A stretch of DNA of 64,000 bases from the NCBI RefSeq assembly GCF_036321535.1, contig NC_087437.1:118794001-118858000 (forward strand), read 5' to 3'. The notes beneath the pieces were generated by a model. That model was not told where the DNA came from and searched no databases. It worked only from the letters and a program-made list of their open reading frames with translations. Source of the stretch: Camelus dromedarius. Its lineage: Eukaryota. Made by a program: the position numbers and the translations under genes. Positions 49,531-61,697 of this stretch are shown piece by piece; position 1 is the stretch's first letter; each line of letters starts with the position of its first letter.

Positions 49531-52500
49531 AGGACCTGGTACGTGCAGGCTCCTCCTGCCAGGCGGGTGTGCTGGTGACCAAGCCAGATAAAGCCCCTGC
49601 TTCAGGTCCGGACATTCTGTCCCGGAGACCCCCAAACAAATAATCTAACCCCAGGTGCTGAGGGAGGGTCTGGAAGAAAGGGGGTGGGTCATGGTTCCTG
49701 GGTCCGGTGTTATTTCCCCTGAACCCGTGTTTGAGGCGTGCCTGTGAACAGGAGCTGAGTGGCAGAGGAGCACATACTTGAGGACGTGGGGAGGAGCCTT
49801 CCTGGCGGAGGAAATGCAAGTGCAAAGGTCCTGAGCTCAGGGAGCTGCGCGGAGCACCCCCTTCCCCCAGGGGCTGGGAAGGCCTAGCCCAGGGGCAGCT
49901 CCCTTCTTAGGGGCAGCTCTGGCAATGCCTGGCGTTGCTTGGGTTTGGGCTGGAAGGAGGCAGGAGAGGCCTTCCACCTGCCCTCTTCCACGTGGTCAGC
50001 CCCACGGCCCGGAGACCCTAAGTGAAGGGGCGGTGCCAGTTCAGCCCTGCTGCCGGGGGAGCCCTGCCAAGGGCTGCTGTGCGGAAGGAGTGCCTTTACC
50101 TCTGTGTTCACATCCTGAGCCAGTACCTCCATCTCCCTCCGTCCCCAGACTTCTGGGTAAAATTACTCATTTTATGAAACACCTAGCCCTTCAGCCAGTG
50201 TCATGAGGAAATATGAAAGAAAAATTCTCCACTTTTTTTAAATGAATAAAATTGCATTCAAGAACATGTCTAGTGATTTATTTCATCCCCTGAATATAAG
50301 GAAATTATATTCAGATTCTATTAACCTCCTGAATGTAAACACAGGGGAGAGAACTCTGCAGAGGGCCAGGCTGGAGGAGGCTGCTCTCCTGGGGAACCGG
50401 GCGCTCCCATTGGCTAAAGACTGAAAGAGACTGTCCGTCCCTTGCACCCTCGGCCTTGGCAGCGAGAAGGCCCAGGACAGACTGCAGGCAGGGGGTCACA
50501 GCTGCCTCTGGCATCGCTCTGCTCCTTGACACTCATGCCCGGAGCCTCAGCAAAGTTTATTCTGGTTTTATGGTTTGACTGTGGCACTGTTTACAACAGC
50601 TTAGAGCAGGGCGTGCAGGAGCTGTCTTGGGACATCTGTAGTGCTCGGCCTTTTCCGGGGGACGGGGTGGGAGCTGGAGGGTCCGGTGGGTGGGGCAGGG
50701 ACGTATGGGGAGAGGTCGCAGCTGAAGAGGTGGGGGTTCCACAGAGAGGCCTGTGGGGGGTGCCGTGTGGACGAACATCCACACCGGGGCTGCCGAGCGG
50801 CAGGCTGGGGCAGCTGGATCGCAGCAAGTGAGGAACCCAGAACTGTCCTTGATATGGTAAAGATAGAGGCTGCAGGAGAAGACACCACTTGCCAGGGAGG
50901 ACACACACGGGCCGGAGAGAGATGGCTGGTCCCCCACGAGTGTCTCTGAGGTCGCTCATGGAGAGGGGGTTTCTTTCCTTCCTTCCCTCTCACCCAAAGC
51001 TTCTACATCTGAGAGGGGCCCTGCCTGCCCCACTCCCCACCTAGATCCGAGCAGGGGCAACGGGCTGCAGTCCACGTACAAGAGGCTGAGCCAGCAGCCC
51101 AGAGGAGGAAGCAGCCCGGGTGGGCAAGGGGCGACCCGGCAGAGAGGACCACACAGGAAGTGGGAGGAGGAGACGGGAGGAGGGCTCCCTGCTGCTGCTG
51201 GACGGAGGGACAGCAAAGGGGGAGGAGAGAATCATTCTGCCTCATCCCTGGGCCTCAGGCAGCAACCTCCGTCACTTACAAGGAAGTGTCTCTGGACGGA
51301 CCTGTGCTGACCTCTGTCCCGGCAAAGGACGGTTTACTGTGCAAGGCTGTAGTCAGCCACAGCCAGAGGGGAGAGACACAGGGCAGAGCTGGGGGCACGG
51401 CTGGACCCGACGACCAGGCTCAGAACCCAGAGCTGTCCGCCTGCCAGGGCCCCACGCACACATCACAGTCTCGGCAGCGCAGCCTGAGCTCAGCTCCCGC
51501 CTCCCCCCAAACTGGACCCTCCGCTTGTTTCTGTCCACTGTCCAGTCCACCCTAGAGTAGCCAGGGGAGCGACGTCACCCCACAGGGACAGCCGTGCCGC
51601 GGGCCCACAGGGACAGTGCCCCCTCTGCTGAAGAGACCCCAACATTGTGCTGAGATTCCTCACATCACAGATAAGCCCCTGAGTGACCCACAGGTGGAAA
51701 AAGGGAATTAGCCGAGACTATAAAGCTAAGTTCTCAAACTGGGTGCCCTGGGGAACCTCAGCAACCTCGCAGGTGCACTGTGGGGTCGTCCGAATTTCCC
51801 AGGATGCACAGAGATGTCGGTTGGCCGCCACGCAACCTGCTGTTTTTGAGTTCTTTGGACGTAACTCATTAATCACAGAACTCTTTGGTGTGTCTTTTGG
51901 CCGGAGCACCATGAACGAAGTACCGGGACCCTCAGGGCAGCCGGGATGGAGGACATGCAGGGACACCTGCCATGAGAGCAAAGGGGAAGCGGGGAGACTG
52001 TGACGTAGCAGGAGGATGGGTGTGAGCTAAGAGCCAGACCCAGGCTGAGGAGGGAGCGGGGACGGGAGTGGGAATGGGAGTGGGGACAGGTGGATGGACA
52101 GCCTGGGACAGGCAGGCTGGGACAGACAGGGCGGGGAAAGAGGCCAGGGGGATGTACAGGAGGGACGCCAGGGCTCGGCGGACACGCCCACCTCTCCTAG
52201 GTGCTCTGCCTGGGCCCCGTGGAGCACTGTGTGCTCTCTGATCTCGTGGGCATTGTCCCTGCTTCCATGTACCATGGGAAGGGAACTTCGAGTTGAGCAA
52301 CGGAGATGCCGTCCCGCGGCTAGAAGTCTGAGGACCCAGCTGGGACCGAGCAGAGCCCCGCAGGGCCCCCCAAGTGCAAAGGCCCTCCGTGTCCCCTGCC
52401 TCTCGTCTGCAGAAAAGCTGGAGCCTTCCAGATTCGCAGCGTCGTAAAAGAGCAGGCTGGAGCAATTAATGACAAGGACAGCAGACTCACAGGCTCAGGG

Positions 52501-55500
52501 TCTGACGCACGTTCCCGAGACGTCGCACAGACACCAGGACTGCCGGCGGGGGCCCAAGCTCCCTGCGTGGGGCCCAGGCGGCAGCCGCCACGCAAGCCCC
52601 CCACCTCGAGCCGGCCGACCCGATGGCCAGCACAGCTCCAAGGCCTGGCTCTCCGAGCGCGGGATCAACACTATGGCTCATGAGAATCTGCACCTTTGTG
52701 GGCCTCAGAGTAGCGGTAGCTGGCTCTCCCTGCACACGCACGTGGGCAAGCGCGCTGTCGGCAGAAAGGTGCTCAGACCCATTTCATCGTCTTCCGCCTG
52801 AGGACAGGGCGCCCTCTGTCGGCATGAAGAGGTCACAGAGACTCGCCTTCTCTCCTAACTCCATAGAGGAGGGATGATGTTGAAGGCGGGGTCTGCAAGC
52901 AGCCCCTTCCTGTTGGTCCCTTTCTGCCCCCTCTCACCCTGAAAGGGCCTAATTAGAGGAAGGAGGTCGCTGGGCAACATGGAAACCGGCACAGGACCTG
53001 CGCGCTCCTGACTGCACGCGGCGTCTTGCCTCGCCTGGGGGTTTATTCCTACGTGAAACCAAGTTAAGGGTGGAGAAGGGAGCAGTTAAAGAACCATTAG
53101 CTCTCTACCCCCCGCAGCCCCTTCGCAGTCCTGTGGGCAGACCGCGGGCCGGGTAGCACCTGGAGAGCAGGGCAGCCAGTCCGCACACCGTGGAGAAGAT
53201 GGGGACCCCAGCCTCCTGCCTCCACGCTTCACTGAGATCCCCCCCCCCCCGCCCCCGTTTTCCCTCTAAAAACCGTCCTGGCTGAGCAGAATCTTCGGAG
53301 ATGGCTTCTGGACCTGAGTCATTGCCAGCCTTTCTGATGAAAGCACCTTTCCTCTCTACTGACACCTGCCTCTTGATTATTGGCTTTTGAGTGGTGAGCA
53401 GAGGAGCCTGAGTTTGGTAACACAGTGAATAATGTGTTAGTTTGATAAAGAGGAAACAGGACGGCTGGTCAGATTTTGAAATCTCAAGGCAAAGTTCTCC
53501 CATCAGTGATGGGTGGAGCTCAGAAATGCAGTCTTGGAAACCAGCCCCTCCCCCGTGGCTCTTTTCCCATGGGCTGTTTTTGCTTTTGTGTTTCCGGCTT
53601 TCCACAGGCTTCAGTAAAGCCCCAGAAGGGTCACAGGGCTGAGGGGCTTGAATCCCACGCCCTGCGACCAGCTCCTGGCCCCCAGGCCTGGCCTCCTGGC
53701 CCCGTGCTGGCCCCGGGTTCTGCGGAGACTTCCCATGGCTGAGCAGGCATATGCCCGCATCTGGGGGAGTCCTGCAAGTCATTTAAAACTTCTCGTCTGA
53801 CCTGGCATCTCGTGTGGAATCTGTGTGATCTCCCACTCAGACCTGTGGGGATGTTTCCTCTCCCTCCATGCTAAATAGGAAATTAATTTCTCCTAAAAGC
53901 ACAATAAAAGTCTGGTTCACTGAGATTCCATACAGTGTCCAGGAAAGAGAAAGAAAGATGTCATTACTCTTAGATTCAAGTCTAAACCTTCCCTCTGCCT
54001 TGGCTCAGCCCCTGGTTCTGTGTGAATGTCAGGGGAGATACACAGAAGTCTGATTTTCTTGCAAAATCTGCCAGAATGGGTCATGGGTCACAGCTGACCG
54101 CATGGCCTGGAGTATTTCTTCCTGCTAGCGGCATGACTTCCGCATCCTGAGGTATTTTCCCCAAATAGTGCCAAGGATGGCCGGCAATGACCAAAAGCTG
54201 GAAGAGGCAGAGACAGATTCTACGCAGGGTCTCAGGAGGAACCAACCCTGCCTTCATCTCAGACTTCCAGCCCCCAGACCTGGGAGAGAGAACATTTCGG
54301 ATGACTGAGCCCTCTGGCCTGGGGTGCTTTGCCGGAAAGCCCTGGACCCTGACACATCATGGTTCATACCTAATCTGTGTCCCCGAGTGCCTTTCTGTGC
54401 TGGGAAGCCTTGGCATCAGTATCTGTCTCCGAGTAAAACTCTGAAGGCACAGTTGTATACCAATGCCCGTGACAGCAGGGATTGGCAAACGCTGGAAACC
54501 AGCCGCCCTGTCCCCTCGGGGAGCCGGAGTCCAGCACGCCTCAGGGGGGCCACCAGTGCCACAAGCGAGAGGGCTCCTGAAGCCCCGAGACCGAGCCTTG
54601 CAGTCTCCAGTGCTGACACAGATTCCGGGGTGATTTTCCCACATCACCAAGCAGTGAGCTCAGCTCTGACACCGTCTAGCAGGAGGTGGTATCAGAGGCC
54701 ACAGAGCCCCCTGATGGGGCTCAGCCCTGCTTGCCTGCTCCCCTCCCAACCTGCCCACTTCACATGCTAAATCTCCAGCACGTCCAGGTTGTCACCTGTG
54801 CTTCTGACCCACTGGCTACAGATCCATCAGAGGTTCCAGCGACCCCCTCCTTGTGTTCAATAAATTGCTAGAGCAGCTCATAGAGAAACACTTTACTCAC
54901 TAGACTGTGGGCTTATCATAAAAGGATGTAAGTCAGGAACAGCCTGATGGAAGCTGCAGAGGGCAGGTGTGGGAGGGGCGCGGAGCTTCCACGCCCTCTG
55001 CAAAAGCCACCTCCCTGAATCTCCAGTCTCACCAGAAGCTCCCCAAGCCCGGTCTTTTGGGGTTTTAAGGAGGCTTCATTACACAGACGTGGTGGGTTAA
55101 ATCACTGGCCAGCAGTGACTGAACTCAGTCTCCTGCTCCCCTCCCCTCTCTGGAGGTCGGGGGTGGGACTGAAAGTGCCGGCCCCCGTCACGTGATTGCT
55201 TCTCCAGGCAACCAGCCCTGTCGCAGAAGCACAGCACACAGCCTGGCGTCCCCTCATTAAGGTCACAGGAGATGTGCTCTCCTCACTTACAGTTTCCAAG
55301 GCTCTTAGGAGCTCTGTGTCCGAAACTGACAGACTGGATAATGCATTTCTTTTCCCTACATTTGTCTACATTGTGAAGTAATCAGCACAGTAAGTTAACT
55401 CGTGTCCTCATACTTACATTTTTGTCTTGTGATGAGGACTTTTAAGGTCTGTGCTCTCAGCAGCTCAATAACTAATTATTAACTGCAGGAATGTAACAGC

Positions 55501-55869
55501 GCAGTGACCATAGTTAATATATTTCTTACTGTAAATCACAGTGTCACAGAGCTCCTTTCCCTGCCCCCCCCCCAAGATGTGCACCTTCCATGGAAGCCCC
55601 TGAAGCCACTTTGCGGTGGAAAGATCTTTGTCTAGATGTGGAAGGCGCCCCCTGGTGCTCCCAGTCCGTCCACTTCCTTTCTAGAAAGTGCCCTCAGCCT
55701 GCAGGGCCATCTGGGGCCAGCACCAGCACAAGCATCTTCAGACACTTCTCTGTGTGTCTCCAGCCTCCCGGCATGAGCCGAGTTCACCAGGAATGGCTCT
55801 TAACAGAAAGGCAGGTCTGCTGCATAAGGTATCATTAAGCAGCCCTCCCTGCAGGGCCCCAGCTCTTAC

Positions 55870-56020
55870 CTGTGCGCCTTCAGAAGGGAGCCGGCACCTT
55901 GTCTCTCCCTTCCTCTGCTTCCCTTTTATATAAACCACTCTCCCCACGATGCCCCCCCCCCCTTTTCAGCAGGGAGGGAAAGGAAACTGAAAGCCTGCTC
56001 CAGAAATGAAACTGAAGGAT
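55870..56020 (-). promoter_or_regulatory. MX2: MX2 proximal promoter: TATA box, ISRE cluster and short non-coding first exon
   Basis: TATATAAAA (minus) at 55924-55932; GGAAAGGAAACTGAAAG 55977-55993; GAAATGAAACTGAA 56003-56016; donor CAG|gtaaga at 55870/55869. Confidence 0.75.
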
Positions 56021-56208
56021 CAGCATGCTTCTTGTAAACTCACACAGTTGTCCTCAGACTCCAGCTGCATCCAGGTCTTCTGATGGGCTTGTGAACACAC
56101 CCGGGGGCTAGGACCACCCCAAGAATCCGAGGCCCTAGTCTCTGCATTGCCAACACCTTCCCAGGGAGGTTGGGGTGGGTCCACACGTGGAGATCTGGTC
56201 ACTTAGGG

Positions 56209-56629
56209 TGTGAAGGAAAAGCCGGGCTGGGCCTACTCTTAAATCTAAGTGTAACAAGTGTCAGTCAGATCACTGATCTAAGTTCTGCTGGACTAACTCG
56301 TAAATCTAAGTTAATAAGTGTCGGTTTGCTGATTCCCTGCTCGTGTTTTTTTTACAGCTAAATTTTCAGAGAGACACATCTGGCCTTGGAATGTCGGTTT
56401 GCTGCCTCCCTGCTCCGCTTTTGTGATAATGATGCTACTACAGCTGTTCCATGCCTGTTGGCCGAATACCCCAAGCTTGTATTTAACCCTACAAAGCCTC
56501 ATGCACATGTTTTGGTGGTCTCAGGGCTTCCGAGCAGAAGCCCCTCTGAGCCCGCCGGCATAATACATCTGAGTATTCCAACCCCCCGAGTGGTGCTTGT
56601 TTCTTGGCTGGCCTGTCGTTTCTGTAACA
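56209..56629 (+). repeat. 5' LTR (421 bp)
   Basis: TG...CA termini; homologous to 61698-62019; AAATCTAAGT-type repeats in U3; followed by PBS. Confidence 0.92.
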
Positions 56630-56633
56630 TTTC

Positions 56634-56651
56634 TGGAGGCCCCAGCGAGAT
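56634..56651 (+). other. Primer binding site, tRNA-Thr
   Basis: TGGAGGCCCCAGCGAGAT is the complement of the tRNA-Thr 3' end (...ATCTCGCTGGGGCCTCCA, as recalled). Confidence 0.85.
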
Positions 56652-57846
56652 TCAACCACGCCGATCCTTTGAGCTGCTGGACTGGTGGCTCTGGCCGACC
56701 GGGGGACGGGACTCCGGTAAGGAATGAGGTGGCGCCATCTGACGGTATTCCGGGTTCTCTTTCATGATGGAAACTCGGCCCCCCTCAGGTGGCTGGGCTA
56801 CAACCAGAGCCAGACTCCGTGGAGGGACGGACTGACTCACCAGGTGGCCACCTGGACAAGATAGGAACCCCTAGGGAGTAAATCAGATCCTGTCCTAGTG
56901 GACACAAGAGGAGGATGAGCCCATCCTCCAGGCTCCCCATCTGACGGTATTCTGGACAGGGAGATCAGGTTAGATTAGGGACACCCCGGTGATAAGGAGT
57001 GGAATGTGCAAATAGCCTCTGTACGTTTGTGCGAGTGAATATGCGGCCTGTGAAGCATGCGATCAGGCTCAAGTTTGTAGCTCCACAGCATTCTGCTACG
57101 GAGTTAAGTGAGTCCCAACCTGGGGCTCGGGGCGGTATGGGCCCCTTGGGGTATTGATCGGAGTCAGCGGCTTATACTGACCCGCCAAAGCTAAGAGGCA
57201 CCTTCGTCCCTGCGAGGGGAGCAGCCAGATGGACGCAGCAAAAACCCTCCCTCGTCTTGTCTGCGACACCGGCACAGGGTGGCTACACTGGAAGGGAAAG
57301 GGGCATAGAACAGCATAGAAGTAAACGACCCCTGTGCCCCTGGGGACTAAGATGAGACTACTTTTAAAAAGTTTCAGACGTGACCTTGTCACCAGTCCCC
57401 CAGAATATCTTGTCGCGATTAATAAACCAGCCTCAGTACTACCCCTCTGTCTAAAGTAAAGCCCGCAAGACCTGAGACAGAGGGAGCCACCCCAGGACTG
57501 GCTGGAACCCTCTTTTGAGGTCCCCTTTTGGTCCATTTATTCTGCCACCGGCCGGCCATCCCAGCTTCATATTTTGCCAATTTAGGCTAGAAAGAGGGCT
57601 TTGTGCAGGGACCCCCTAGAGCTCAGCCAGGCCCAGGGACGCCTCAGGGACACCTGCCTATCTTGAAGCCCTAACTCACTGGCAGCACTTACAGCCAAGA
57701 AGATAGATATTAGGCCCAGTGAGGCAGCGAGCTTTTTAAGAACTTCACCGTTTTGAGGAGTGGAAAAAAAGAGACATACTGGGGTCACAGTCCTCGGTGC
57801 CAGGAGCAGACCCACACCTATAGGCCTTAAAATCTGTCAACTAATA

Positions 57847-59208
57847 ATGGGAGCCTCAAAATCAAAGCCGACAGCTCTGGACTGTGTGATTAAGAATTTC
57901 AAAACGGAGTTCTCAGGAGACTATGGAGTTTAAATGACCCCTGTCAGGCTCCGCACTTTGTGTGAGCTTGAATGGCCAACCTTCGGAGTCAGGTGGCCCC
58001 AGGAGGAACTCTGGACCTAGCAACAGTGCGAGTGGTCTATTGAATAATCACTGGAATGCCAGGCCACCCAGATCAACCCCTGTACATTGACTCCTGGCTG
58101 AATATCGCCCAGACTCTACCCCCATGGATTCGGTTCTGCTCAAATGGACCTGGACAATGCAAGATATTAGCAGCTCAGCCGGTCCAGGCCAAAAAGACAG
58201 ACAGAGAAAAGCTTATTTTCCAGGGAAACACAGAGGATGAGATGAGCTTGCCCCCTCCGTATGCCCCCAGGGCACCGACACCTCCGATCCCTCTGGAGAC
58301 ACTACCACCCTCTGTGTCACCACCTCCCCAACCTGAGGACCCAGAGGCAGAGCCCAGCCCCCAGCCTGAGCCGGTAGGAAGGAGACTCCGCTCAGCACAA
58401 GCCGGGAGGCCAGCACCGCCGGCCCTCCAAATGCCGCTGCGGGAGACACAAGGGCCGCAGCAAACTGGGGAGGATGGGACTGTTCAGCCCGGGCGCCCCG
58501 TACTCTGCTATCAACCCTTTAGCACCACAGCCCTTCTCAATTGGCGCCATCATACTCCTTCCTACTCTGAAAAGCCGCAGGCATTTCAATCACATCATGG
58601 TCTGAACAGAATTAAGAAGAAGAGCTTCCACAGTAATAACAGATGAACAGCCACTGGTGAACCGGTCAGGAATTTTGGCCTGCCCTCCAAAGAAAAGGAG
58701 CAGAAAGTGTCGGAGCGGGCTGCGGATGGCTTCAGGGGGAGCGGCCGCCCGGCGGCGGCAGCAGCAGCCCCTGCGGCCCCGGCACCTCCGTCACCTCTGC
58801 CGCTGCCTCCGCCGCCGCCTCCACCGCCGCCATGGCAACTGGGGGGGAGCGCCGGCTCCTGCCCAGCCCTGAAGCGATGCTGGGACAGTCATGGGGCTCT
58901 GTCGTGCATATGCCAATATTTGGTCTCTGTCCAGCCCACGATGATTTCTACTTGGTGGTGTGTAACAACTGTAATCAGGCTGTCAAACTGCAGGCTCTGA
59001 TTGACCTCGTAGAGTCTGTCTTCCATTCTCACCATCCCACCTGGGGAGATGTCCGCCAGCTGCTTCTGACTCTTTTCAATACAGAGGAGAAGAGACACAT
59101 TGTCACTGAAGCATGAAAACGGCTGCAGGGCCGAGTCCCCAGGGACACACTGCATGTTGAGGGGTGAGCACGACACGGGCCCCTGACACCAGACCAGACT
59201 GGGACTTT
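57847..59208 (+). pseudogene. gag: gag remnant (MA, PPPY late domain, CA N-terminal part), with stops and frameshifts, interrupted by the ATXN7 insert
   Basis: MGASKSKPTALDCVIKNF..., GHPDQPLYIDSW, LPPPYAP, YQPFST..LLNWRHHTPSYSEKPQA / [41 protein letters not shown]. Confidence 0.9.
58583..58995 (+). pseudogene. ATXN7: Captured, spliced and circularly permuted ATXN7 (ataxin-7) fragment inside gag
   Basis: AFQSH, then 5'UTR-like sequence, then SERAAD..., MATGGERRLLPSPEAMLGQSW, MPIFGLCPAHDDFYLVVCNNCNQAVKLQA; matches the ataxin-7 N-terminus; no introns. Confidence 0.88.
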
Positions 59209-59219
59209 CTCTTGGAGTC

Positions 59220-60730
59220 TTTAATTAGAATGTGGCAGCGCCCTGTGGCCTGTTTGTCTAAAAGACTGGACCCTGTGGCATCAGGATGGCCACCCTGTTT
59301 ACGGGCCCTCGCTGCCACAGCCCCCCGGTCAACGAGGCAGACAAACTCACACTGGGACAGACTTTAAATGTAAAAGTGCCCCTACTCCGTGGTGGCCCTG
59401 ATGAACGGCCCAGGTTACAAAGGGATCACTAACACAAGGATGACCCACTACCAGGGGCTTCTATGTGAAAATCCAAGAGCCCGTCTAGAGACTGTGTGAA
59501 CCTTAAACCCAGCCACATATTTGCCTGAGGGAGATGCGCAGCCTGACCATAACTGTGAAGAAATCATCGAAGAGGTGCACGCGAGCAGGCCTGATCTAAC
59601 CAACAAGCCCCTTCAAGACCCAGACCTGGAGCTCTTCACAGACGGCAGCAGTTACTAGCAGGAGGGACACCGGCGAGCAGGTTACGCTGTAACAAAAACC
59701 TGAGGTAATAAAGGCAGAGTCCCTACCCCCAGGAAGGTCTGCACAGCGAGCAGAGATTTGGGCACCAGTCCAGGCACTAAGGGAAAGGAAAGAAAAACGA
59801 GTCAATATATACACTGATTCCAAATATGCATTTGCAACCTTGCATGTACATGGAGCCATCTGTAAGGAGAGAGGACTTTTGACTGCTGGGGGAAAGGAAA
59901 TCAAAAAAAGAGAAAAGAAAAAATTTTACAGTTACTGGAGGCAGTATGGGATCCAAAGGAAGTGGCCGTTATTCACTGTAAGGGACACCATAAAGGAAAT
60001 GACCCTGTGAGCCAGGGGAACAGGCTGGCTGATCAAAAGGCAAAAGAGGCAGCCGCCTGGAAACACCCAGTAATTAAAATTATGGCAGCGCCAGAGCTAC
60101 CCACTGCCCCAGAATACAGCCACGATGAAAACAAGTGGGCACAGGCTGAACAAGGGGAGAAAGGAAAGGACAGATGGTGGATCATGATGGATGGAAGGGT
60201 TTTCATCCCAGAACGACTAACTTATCGCATAGTCCAACAACAACACGAGGCCACACACATGGGAAAAATGGCTCTGGAGGCCCTCCTAAAGCGGTGTTTC
60301 CTGATTTCTCGTCTCCCTACTCCGTGCGCATCAGTCTCCCAACGCGGCTTGCTCCGCGCTCAAAACAACCCAAAACAAGGGCCCACTGGGCCAACGGGAA
60401 TACAACGATGCGGACTGGCTCCCTTTGAAGATTGAGAAGTGGACTTAACTAAACTTGGGCCCAGTAAGGCATATAAGTACCTGCTGGTTCTTGTCTGCAC
60501 CTTCACAGAGTGGGTAAAATCCTACCCCACCAGGACAGAAAAAGCAAAAGAGGTAACAAAGGCTCTCCTCAGGGATGTCATCCCTAGGTTTTGAATGCTC
60601 ACCTCCATCGGGTCCGACAACGGACCCACCTCCATGGCAGAGATTGTACAGCAAGTGGCAAAGACACCGAGAATCCGCTGGAACCTGCACACAGCATACC
60701 GGCCTCAGAGCTCAGGGAAGGGTTAAGAGA
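59220..60730 (+). pseudogene. pol: pol remnant: RT connection domain, RNase H and integrase N-terminus/core; protease and RT polymerase domains deleted
   Basis: [75 protein letters not shown]. Confidence 0.9.
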
Positions 60731-61124
60731 GCGACTTCACCTTGGACAGAGGGTCCCTGGAAAATTGAGAGCATCCCAGGAGACCCGCTCAAGATCAAGA
60801 TCAAGAGGGACCAGAGAAAGATAGACAAGCCCTGCTCTAGCCACACCTGGAAGCTGGCTAGTCAATGCACGGCCGAAGCTTGAGGAAAGCTCAACGAAGC
60901 AGTTAAATGCGTTCCTCTTGTGCTCCCTTGCCCCTTTCCTTGTTTGCTATACCAGCCTGCATGTTGGCAGTAGGGCTGGCCAGCACCGCCCCGCCTGGCT
61001 GGGATACAGGCCGCAGCGCCCTGAGAGTTACTTTACACCTTGCTAGCTAGTGCCGTCGCCGCAGCGTCATGTCTAAGACTATCCTGAGGCTGACGTTGCT
61101 GACGCTAACGCCCTCACTCCCCTT

Positions 61125-61685
61125 GCCAGGGGGGCTGGGAGTGGCAGCAGGGATGGGCACAGGAGTCGGTGGCACAGCCTCATCCTCTTATTACTATTAT
61201 CAGCTTACAGGTAAGTTCAGCCAGGATCTCCAACAAATACCAGAAACCCTGGGGGCTCTGCAAAATCAGATTGACTCTCTGGCTGAGGTGGTCTCACAAA
61301 ACAGGAGGGGTCTGGACCTGCTCACGGCCAGAGAAGGGGGACTGTGCCTCTTCCTAAACGAAGAGTGCTGTTGTATGCCAATCATCAGCAATGGTCAGAG
61401 GGATGGTTCAAGAGTTACAGGACTGAGTAGAAAAAACAGAAAAGCACATTTTAGACAAGAGCCCGTGGACAGGCCCCTGGGGCTGGGCCTCCTGGCTGGC
61501 ACCGTTCATCAGTCCCTTGCTCCTGATTTTTGCAGCTCTGCTATTTGGGCCTGTGTCCTGAACTTCCTGACCGGCTTTGTCAGGGAGCAGATGGAGGCTA
61601 TAAAGCTCCAGATGTCAACCTCCAACTACGAGCCACGGCGACAGGTGAGTGACGACGCTTACTCAACAAGGGTTGTGAAAGCATC
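61125..61685 (+). pseudogene. env: env TM remnant (fusion peptide, immunosuppressive domain, CX6CC); SU largely deleted
   Basis: GLGVAAGMGTGVGG...LQNQIDSLAEVVSQNRRGLDLLTAREGGLCLFLNEECC; frameshifted afterwards. Confidence 0.9.
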
Positions 61686-61697
61686 AAGAGGGGGGAA

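Noticed and set aside
58572..58995. ATXN7 insert as an ordinary L1-mediated processed pseudogene with TSD
   Set aside because: No polyA tail, exon order is permuted, and the flanking repeat is native to both gag and ATXN7 (KPQA), which fits template switching
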